Shown here one piece after another: positions 55,943 to 64,000 of a DNA stretch of 64,000 nt; within the stretch, counting starts at the first letter, position 1; each line of letters starts with the position of its first letter. The DNA is taken from the IMG/VR virus record IMGVR_UViG_3300036784_000146, positions 79,611 through 143,610 of that record, one strand, 5' to 3'. The position numbers and the translations under genes are program-made. This DNA is from a virus. Its lineage: Duplodnaviria; Caudoviricetes. Below the pieces are notes generated by a model. The model searched no databases. It had not been told where the DNA came from and saw only the letters and a program-made list of their open reading frames with translations.

Positions 55943-56674
55943 ATGACCGTCCACGTAGTGCGCCTTGTTTCTGACGTCCAGCGACTGCACGGCCTTGGCC
56001 GCCACGTCGACCACGACTCGCGAAGCCTGCTCTACGCGTTTACCCCTGCAGCCCCACTACCCACCAAGCCTGTGGAGTGGGGCATTTCCATCCCGCCGCT
56101 CAATCAAGGTCAGACCTCGGCGTGCACCGGCAACGCATTCGCCCAGTTCCTCAACACCGACTTCGCTGCCTCTCTGCGCAAGAAGATGAACAAGGAGTTC
56201 TTCACCGAGGAGGATGCGCTCGACATCTACGGCCACGCCACCCACGACGACGGCCTGCACGATGCGTCCACCGGCTACTACCCGCCCGACGACACTGGCA
56301 GTTCGGGTCTGGGTGCGGTCAAAGCCTGCCAGGAGCTGGGCTACGTCAGCACCTACCAGCACACCTTTAGCTTCCAGATGTTCTTGCACGCACTGGCCAC
56401 CCAACCGGTGTGCGTGGGTACGGCCTGGACCAACGACATGGAGAACGCCGACGAGAACGGCCTGGTCAGTGTCGGTTCTTTGGACGACTCCAACATCGCC
56501 GGAGGCCACGAGTATCTGGCGATCGGCTTCAACCCACTCACTCAGCTGATCAAGTTCCGCAACAGCTGGGGTAACGACTGGGGCATCGACGGCGACTTCT
56601 TCGTGAGCTATTCCGACTACCAGCAGCTCTTGGTCAATCAGGGCGACGTCGTGGTTCCACAGATCGCAGCCTGA
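55943..56674 (+). CDS. Papain-like (C1) cysteine peptidase
   Basis: NQGQTSACTG (oxyanion Q and catalytic C), GGHE, RNSWG..WG..G.F. Confidence 0.88.
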   Translation: MTVHVVRLVSDVQRLHGLGRHVDHDSRSLLYAFTPAAPLPTKPVEWGISIPPLNQGQTSACTGNAFAQFLNTDFAASLRKKMNKEFFTEEDALDIYGHATHDDGLHDASTGYYPPDDTGSSGLGAVKACQELGYVSTYQHTFSFQMFLHALATQPVCVGTAWTNDMENADENGLVSVGSLDDSNIAGGHEYLAIGFNPLTQLIKFRNSWGNDWGIDGDFFVSYSDYQQLLVNQGDVVVPQIAA

Positions 56675-56693
56675 GGACGATCGTGACATTGCA

Positions 56694-57526
56694 TTGATTC
56701 TCGATTGGGTCTGTCATCCTCCTACTTCGTTACTGGCTCAACAGCTGCGTCGGGCCATTCGAGCACGCCGCCGGGCGTTTCCCAACGGGCAGCGGTTCAT
56801 CTACAAGGACCTGCGTGAGCTATGGGCGGCCGAGCATCACGTGGTGCTCAGCCATCACACCGATACCAGCTGGCAGCACTGGGCTAAGCACCCCGAGCAC
56901 GGCTGGATGCCAATAGGCATCTACCCGGCGCGTGAGGAAGCGACAGCGAGCGCCGAAGGCTACCAGTGGGAGCCCGAGTGGCCGGAGCCAGATCCTGAGC
57001 CCGGCGTCTACGTCCTGGCAGGCTGGCCGCGCGAGGACGACGACGTCTCCTATACGGTGCGCACCAGGTGTGCCAGCAAGAACAGTGCCATTGCGGTGGC
57101 CGATGCCCTGCGGTCGGTGGGCATGGTCACCAGGCACGAGGAGATCAAATCAAGTGAGTGAGAACCTCAAGTCAAAAGAGACCACCATCCAGATTTGTGC
57201 CGGATGCGGCTTGCAGCCCATCGTGGTGGTGGACCGCTACGCCCAAGATCCCGAGGACGCTCACCAGTGCGGCTGGCCCATGCGCGTGGGCCCTACCCGG
57301 TACTACTGCAGCCGGGACTGCTTCGAGGACGATCATCCGCGATTCCGCTGCGACCACTGATGGGGGGCTACGCCGAGAAGCACAAACAGAACCAGGCCGA
57401 ATGCGCCAACACGCGGTGTTCGGAGAGGGGATGTACCCTGCGGGTGTTCCACGGACAGGTAAACTGGTATTGCTCGTGGCACGCCGAGCAGATCGATCAA
57501 TTCCAAGGGAGACACACACCGAATGA
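56694..57526 (+). other. Three small hypothetical genes (about 56694-57161, 57154-57360, 57360-57526); the last two are Cys-rich
   Basis: Coupled ORFs; starts uncertain. Confidence 0.45.
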
Positions 57527-58158
57527 TGCCCACCCTCGATGAGCTAGCCCTCAAACATGGGACCGACAAGGCCTCTGATGGGCACGGTTACACGGCCGTC
57601 TACGAGAAGCTCTTCGGTCACCTACGCGATGAGCCGGTGAAGCTGCTAGAGCTGGGTGTCTACCAGGGTGCCAGCCTGGGGACGTGGAACGAGTACTTCA
57701 CCAACCCCGACAGCGACATCATCGGGGTGGATGAGAACATCCTCCGAGTGAGCGGGGAGGTCCTCGGCCCGCGTTGCTGTGTCTATCGCAGCGACCAGAC
57801 CGAGATCCCGCTGCAGCTGCAGGGCAACATCTCGTTTGACATCATCATCGACGACGCCAGCCACATCTCCTCAAAGACGATCGCCAGCTTCATCACGTGG
57901 TGGCCCAAGTTGAAGCGAGGTGGCATCTACGTCGTCGAGGACATCGTCACCTCGTACTACATCGACAGCGCCGAGAGCAGCGCCAACCCCGAAAAGCCGG
58001 TGAGCAATCCCTATCGCAGGACCGCGATGCAGTGGTTCCGGCGACTGGCCGACCAAGTCAACATGGGAGACATCCCGTCGCGCTATCACGTCGGCGACTA
58101 CAACCTCGCTTCAATCACCTTCCGCCCCAACATGGTCATCGTGGAGAAGGCAAAATGA
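57523..58158 (+). CDS. Class I SAM-dependent methyltransferase (sugar O-methyltransferase-like)
   Basis: 'HGTDK...H.Y...YE', 'LLELGVYQGASL..W..YF', 'FDIIIDDASH', 'LK.GGIYVVED'. Confidence 0.88.
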   Translation: MMPTLDELALKHGTDKASDGHGYTAVYEKLFGHLRDEPVKLLELGVYQGASLGTWNEYFTNPDSDIIGVDENILRVSGEVLGPRCCVYRSDQTEIPLQLQGNISFDIIIDDASHISSKTIASFITWWPKLKRGGIYVVEDIVTSYYIDSAESSANPEKPVSNPYRRTAMQWFRRLADQVNMGDIPSRYHVGDYNLASITFRPNMVIVEKAK

Positions 58159-58697
58159 GCATCGATGTGGCGGCACTCGCCAAGACGGCGGTAGATCACC
58201 AGGCGATGCAGAAGCCCGAAGAGCTGGCTGAGTTCCTCGGTCTCCTTATCGACCTCAAGCCCCGGATCATTGTGGAGATTGGCTCTGGTTACGGGGGCAC
58301 GCTGTACGCCTGGTGTGGGGTCGCTCCCAAGGTCATCGCTATCGACGTGAACACCGCTTTGATCCAGGGCCTGCACGGGGCCACGATGATCAATAAAGAC
58401 TCTCGGGATCCGGCAGCCCTGAGCACGTTGTTGGGTGTGCTGGCGGGCCGGATGATCGACTGCCTGTTTATCGACGGAGCCCACACCTACGACTGCGCGA
58501 TGGGGGACTACCGGACCTACCGGACCTGGGTTCGCAAAGGTGGCCTTATCGCTTTCCACGACATCGCCACCTTCGGTTTAGGAGACCCTCCCTGCGAGGT
58601 CCCGCAGGTGTGGAGTGAAGTCAAGGACGGATCCGCGAGGGAGATCATCCATCCTGCTGGTGGCGATTGGGGTGGGATTGGGGTGCTGACCGCGTGA
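58155..58697 (+). CDS. Class I SAM-dependent methyltransferase (Methyltransf_24-like)
   Basis: 'IVEIGSGYGGT', 'IDCLFIDGAHTY', 'GGLIAFHD'. Confidence 0.88.
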   Translation: MSIDVAALAKTAVDHQAMQKPEELAEFLGLLIDLKPRIIVEIGSGYGGTLYAWCGVAPKVIAIDVNTALIQGLHGATMINKDSRDPAALSTLLGVLAGRMIDCLFIDGAHTYDCAMGDYRTYRTWVRKGGLIAFHDIATFGLGDPPCEVPQVWSEVKDGSAREIIHPAGGDWGGIGVLTA

Positions 58698-60049
58698 CGA
58701 CCATCGACCTCTCGGTGCTGATCTGCTCAGTGCACACGCGCTACAAGACCTTCGGGCCCAAGATCCAGAGCCAGGTATGGGAGCAATACAACGCATTGCC
58801 ACCTGAATATCAAGAGCGCATCGAGATAATCATGCTCACTGACAACAAGAAAATGATGCTCGGTGAAAAGCGCAACATCATGGTGGATATGGCTCAGGGC
58901 CGCTATGTGCAATTCGTCGACGACGACGACCGCATCGCGTTGGACATGTTCCGAGTCATCCTCGACGCCATCACCGAGCACCCGGCCGACGTCATCACCT
59001 TCTTGGTGTCGGTATCCATGAACGGGGAGGACCCCAAGCCCTGCGAGTACTCCTTGCGTTTCCCCGAGAACCGCAACACCGACGACGGCTACGAGCGATT
59101 GCCCAACCACATCTGCGTGTTGCGCGCCGACAAGGCCAAGCAGGTCTCCTTCCCGAACAAGGTGTACGGCGAGGACAGCATCTATGCCCACCTGCTGCGT
59201 CCGCACCTAGAGACCGAGCACCATATCCCCCGGGTACTGTACTTCTACGACTGGTCTGCCCAGCACAGCGAGACCCAGGAGCACCGGCCGGGCGCCCTGC
59301 GCATGCGGGGGATCAAGCCGGTGGTGGACGTCATCATCATGTCCAAGGCCAGCTCGATGCGATTGCGTCAGATGACCCAATACACCATCGACACCTGCAT
59401 CGCCGGAGCCAACTCCCTGCCGGTGCACGTGATCGTGGTCGAGCAGCAGAAAGGGGTGCGTTACCAGCATGCGCAGACGGTGTTCGCTGGTGATGAGTTC
59501 AACTACAATCGCTTCGCCAACCGAGCTGCTGGGATGGGCTTCGCGAAGTGGATCATGGTGGCCAACAGCGACCTTGAGTTCCACGACGGCTGGCTACACG
59601 AACTGCTGGTAGCCGACTATCCGGTGGTGTCTCCCAAGAACGATCTGGACATGCGCCAGGCCCACATCACCGAGAACACCAAGGGATGGGAAAACGCCGA
59701 ACACTTCTCGGGCTGGTGTTTCATGATCTCGCGCGACCTGTGGCGCAGGATCGATTGCTTCGATGAGACCGTAAGGTTCTGGTGTTCCGACGATGTGGTG
59801 ATCGAGCAGCTCAGGCGCTTGCGGATTCCTCCGATGCTGGTTCCGGCCGCCAGGGTGGACCATTCGATCTCGGCCACGTTGGGGTTGGTATCCGAGTCCG
59901 AGCACGACGAGCTGACATGGGGCCAGGTGGAGATATTCAATCGCAAATACGGTGCGAATAAATTTGTGAATGATAAACGCTATCTGGAATGGAGAAAAAA
60001 GAACGCCAATAGCGTAAAATCAAATGGGGTTTTGGAGGAAACACCGTGA
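58694..60049 (+). CDS. Two-domain GT-A (family 2-like) glycosyltransferase
   Basis: Domain 1: 'LSVLICS...GEKRN...AQGRYVQFVDDDD...GED'. Domain 2: 'FNYNR..N...NSDL...W...L...SGWCF..R...FDE...FW.SD'. Confidence 0.88.
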   Translation: MTTIDLSVLICSVHTRYKTFGPKIQSQVWEQYNALPPEYQERIEIIMLTDNKKMMLGEKRNIMVDMAQGRYVQFVDDDDRIALDMFRVILDAITEHPADVITFLVSVSMNGEDPKPCEYSLRFPENRNTDDGYERLPNHICVLRADKAKQVSFPNKVYGEDSIYAHLLRPHLETEHHIPRVLYFYDWSAQHSETQEHRPGALRMRGIKPVVDVIIMSKASSMRLRQMTQYTIDTCIAGANSLPVHVIVVEQQKGVRYQHAQTVFAGDEFNYNRFANRAAGMGFAKWIMVANSDLEFHDGWLHELLVADYPVVSPKNDLDMRQAHITENTKGWENAEHFSGWCFMISRDLWRRIDCFDETVRFWCSDDVVIEQLRRLRIPPMLVPAARVDHSISATLGLVSESEHDELTWGQVEIFNRKYGANKFVNDKRYLEWRKKNANSVKSNGVLEETP

Positions 60050-63000
60050 CCGAAGAATTGGACAAACTGCCGGGCACCGTCACCTTGGAGTGGGCGTGCT
60101 CGCAGTGTGGCGCCCTCCGGCGCACCCGCTGCACCGACATCACCGGCGCCGTCTACGCGTTTCGCCCGGCGGGCTGGACTCTGGGTGCTGGCATGGCCAG
60201 CTGCGATAGATGCACTCCGAGCACAGCCCAGCTCCGCGAGCAACAGAACGGCTCGGCGACGATGCGCGAACGCATCTCCGGTCTGCGCGCCGGTGGGGCT
60301 GCCGGAGAGGCCCAGCCCGATTACGGCATCCGCCAGGCGCCTCAGCCGGTTGCGTACGGCGGCAATGGCGCCGAGGACCACATCCTGCGCGACTCCGAGG
60401 GCAAGCCATTGGCCATCATCGGCCCCGGCGGCGGAGCTGGTCGTGAGGGTGTGCCCGGGACCTACATCACTGGCGGGGCCGGTGAGGGTGGAACCCCTGG
60501 CACTTGGAATGCCACCACCATGCACACACCCGTTGAGGGTGAGCCCATGCCTAACCCCACCCCAGGGCCCAACGGCCCCAAGCGTGTCCAGCAAGGACCA
60601 GTCCAGCAGGCCCAGCCAGCCACCGAGATCCACACCCGTGACTTCCGCCCGGGTGGGGGCAATGTGGTCTTCCAGGACACCCGCGACTCCGAGTTCCTCG
60701 GGCCCCAGAAGATCGATGCAGGTGTGCCCTCCCTGGGCTCCAAGGTCTGCATCGGATGCCGTCACGAGATCAACGACGGCACGGTCTCGGGTGTAGCAGA
60801 AGCATGGCGCTGGGCACAGAACCCAGAGAACGGCCACGAGCGCGGACACACCGACTGCTTGGCGAGGATCGGCCGATGACCATCGACCCAGACACCCAGT
60901 GCGGCCTGTACCGCAAGTACGAGGTGCGCAAGGTCAAGCAGGAGCCCGACCAGCGCGGTGAGATGGTCGACGTGCTCGTCGATCCCGGTGAGTGCTTCGT
61001 CCTGAACCACAACGACCCGCACGCCATCGGTGCCTTGCGCATGTATGCCCTCACGTGCAAGGACCAATACCCTCAGCTGGCCAAGGACCTGAATGCGATG
61101 GCCGATCGCTGGGTTGAAGAGCTGAGGCCTTCATGAGCTGGAACTGGATGAACTTCATCGAGGGTGTGGCCGGAGGTGCCTTCATCGGCATCCCGCTGGG
61201 CCTCCTGCAGTATCGGCTGGTCGCCAAGATCCGTCGGTGGCGCCTGCCCAGGATTCCCGAGCCCCTGAGCAGAGAGCAGTACGTGGCGCTACCCGAGAAG
61301 GAGAAGCAAAAGCGCCGCGCTCAGTTCGAGGCCTACTGCGACTTCTACGACCCCCACTACAGCCGATGACCCTGCACCCCTGCGCCAAGGACATCAGAGA
61401 GCGCTGGTTCAGCCAGCAGGCCTCCACCTTGGGCACCAAATGGGCTGCCACCACCCTGGTGGATATCTGCCCCTTCTGCGGCGACAAGGCAGACACGCAC
61501 CGTACGGGCACGCACACGATCACCGCCGACGACGGCATTCTGACCCACATCTACCCCTTGGGCATGACCTTCCCGGTGTGGTTCTGCGACCAAGAATTAC
61601 CTACAAATTAGCCCTAACGTTGTGCTAATCTAGGGGGGCTGGCACGTTTGGTTTGGAGCAAAAGGAGACACACACCATGAACTTCACCAGGTTCGGCAAC
61701 GCGTTCGTAGCCCAGCTCTCGGTCGCCAGTGGAGAAGAGAAAGACACCCTCTACGTGGTCAGCCTGTACAACGATGGCTGGTCGGCCAACTACCGCACTG
61801 CCGACATGGACCACCCCCAGGAGGTCCAGCCCTATGGCTTCGGCTTCGGCCAGTCCGGTCTGGATCAGGCCAGGGCGGCCTGCGAGGCACACTTCAGGGA
61901 GAAGGTGTCATGAGCGGAGACCCCAGTAAGGTGTTCGCGGACGAGGTCACCGCCTCCGACGAGGTGATTGTCATCCCGGCCAAGAATGTAGCAGTGGGCT
62001 ACCGGCTGGCCGGAGGCATCTTCGTCAACCAGTACAGCGGGGGCATGCTGGACGGCTGGCGGGTCACCAGCGTCGAGCCCCAGGAGCAGTTTTCGCACGT
62101 CAAGATCAACGCCAAGGAGCCCGACAGCTCCAACTCGGTGGTGCTCTACCTGGATCCCGGCCACGAGGTGGCCATTTACCGCCAGCTGATCAGCACCAAG
62201 GACCAGGAGTACGAGCAGCACAAGGCCGAGGTGACTCGGTGGTCGTCGGAGAAGACGAGGAACGGTCTTACCTCATCCTTCGCCAACCTACTGTTGGCCC
62301 TGTGCGAGCGGGTGGAGAAGCTGCAGTCCCACCAGCATGACCAGACCGACGTGAACGGCACGTTCTACGGTGTCACGACCAGTCTTCCCAGGATGCAGGA
62401 CTGATGGACGCCGAAACCATCGTCATCGGTGTGGTGGGCACCTTGCTGTTCGCCGTCACGTTCTTCACCTTCGGCTGGGTCAAGGGCGTCCAGTACGCGT
62501 TCACCCATCCCCGCAAGGTCCTCGACACCCTGGACAAGCTGGAAGCCGAGGAGAAGCGCAAGCGGGGTGAAGAGCCGTGAGCTATTCGGAGTTCAGCGAC
62601 TACTACGTCACCTACGATGACGCGGGTGTCGACTACGTGGTGCTGGGCCGCACCGAGCCGGTGGCCAAGAAGGAGCACACCTGTTCGTGCTGCCGCAAGA
62701 CGATCCAGCCCGGCCAGCGTTATCGCCGTTACCGACTGATCGTGGAGGGTGACCCCGGCGTGCAGAAGGAGTGCCCGGACTGCATGGCCATCTCGGACGG
62801 GCTGGCGGTGATCTCATGATCGTGCCCATTCATGGCATCTGCCCCAGCTGCGGTGAGCGCAAGCTGTTCGCCGGATCGGGCACCGGCACCCTGCAGTGCC
62901 TGAACGGTGAGTGCAAGCGTCCTGAGGCGGCCAACGAGATCCTCAACGACCCGATCCGCGATCACCTGCTGGTGCTCAACGACCGCAGCTGGACCGTGAT

Positions 63001-63919
63001 GCATCCACTGATCGAGCGCCTCGACAACAAGATGCTGGATTGCCAGATGGGTGATCGAGTGACCCACCTGATGGAGACGGTCATTCTGGTCGATCACGGG
63101 GTCTATCGGGTGGCAGAGGACGAAACGGGTGAACTCACGTTCATGGGGTTGCCATGATGGAAGAGACCAACCAGGTGAAGAAAGAGCCGGGAATGGGAAC
63201 AGAAGACACACACACACAGGGAGGGACCAACGATGGTCGGAATGCCGAAGATACCAAGCAGCGAGGAAATAGCGAGCCTGACCAAGCAGGCGATGGCCCC
63301 GATGGCCGAGGATATCTCAGCGATAGCCAGCGACATCTCCTCGATCGCCTCGACGCTGAACGCCAATCTGCTGCGGATGATCGCGCTGCAGGAGCAGGCG
63401 ATCAGGCTGATGGGCCACGAGCCGGTCTCCCCGTTGGCCAAGCCGTCGTGCAACGGACACGCGGTGAGTGGCAGCTCACTCGCCAGGAGCAGGACCTCCT
63501 AGGAGTCAAGCCGGGCGACCCACTGGGGCCGGGGATTGTCGGGCAACCGATTCCCCAGTCCCGGGTGGTGGCCATCGGTGACCTGCTGGCCAAGCTGCGC
63601 GACCTGGCCGACAAGTGGGAGGACGAAGCCACCAAGAATCCCCATCTGCACGGTGATCCTTGGATCCGGGCCAAAGACGACTGCGCCGAGGAGCTGAGGG
63701 CGGTGCTGCGTGGCGCCTGAGCTGAAGGTGAGCGAGGTCGCCACCGACTACTACCAGATCGACACCAGTCCGTTCACCCGCAACAGGTGGTGGACGGCGC
63801 GCAAGCTGGCTTCGGGCTGGTACATCACCAACAACCGGAGCACAGTCATCAAGCAGACCAGCTTGCTGGGGCGTCAGATCATCAAGGCGATCGAGGAGTT
63901 CTGTCGTGAGCCAGCCTGA
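60046..63919 (+). other. Cluster of small hypothetical genes: 60046-60879, 60876-61136, 61133-61369 (membrane), 61366-61611, 61677-61913, 61910-62404, 62404-62580 (membrane), 62577-62819, 62816-63157, 63233-63502, 63710-63919
   Basis: Translationally coupled ORFs, several with CxxC pairs; AT-rich promoter-like gap at 61595-61635. Confidence 0.55.
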
Positions 63920-64000
63920 TCCCTGCAGCACTCACGTCGAGGTCGAGAAGGATTGGCGCCCGGTGGACGTCTGGCTGGACATCCTGGAAGCGTTCGACTC

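Noticed and set aside
63154-63720. 188-aa ORF as a single real gene
   Set aside because: Codon bias and RBS favour the overlapping 63233-63502 ORF. Only the C-terminal part of the longer ORF looks coding, and its start is unresolved.
1-64000. tRNA/rRNA genes, integrase, IS elements
   Set aside because: None recognised by eye. A tRNAscan/Infernal run would be needed to exclude tRNAs or other structured RNAs.

Overview
A 64 kb slice of a large, GC-rich actinobacteriophage. It is most likely a myovirus-type mycobacteriophage, based on the baseplate J and wedge genes, lysin-B-like domains and DUF732-like proteins. Layout: 1-18.1 kb is a contractile-tail/baseplate module. It includes a repeat-rich tail fibre and a baseplate protein carrying two cutinase/LysB-like domains. 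18.3-33 kb holds small early/accessory genes with a recurring GGAGACACAC start-associated motif, plus SNF2 and UvrD helicases. 33-50 kb is a self-contained replication/recombination module (DnaC-like loader, DnaB, primase, J-domain protein, SSB, DnaE, RecA, PD-(D/E)XK nucleases, HNH, sigma-like protein). 52-64 kb is accessory. The standout is a compact locus at 52083-54270: a SigA-type leaderless promoter, a RAMP/Cas7-like gene, a small partner gene, a 975-bp non-coding array and a terminal hairpin. The array parses into 20 units, each a GGCA tetramer followed by 8-11 GGY-NN pentamers. It looks like a phage-encoded RNA-guided system whose guide information lies in interleaved dinucleotides, and it resembles what I recall being reported as VIPR systems (not verifiable here). 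A second candidate novelty is a hairpin at 55406-55450 whose loop is exactly antisense to the phage's own repeated translation-start motif. All protein calls come from motif recognition by eye; no searches were run.
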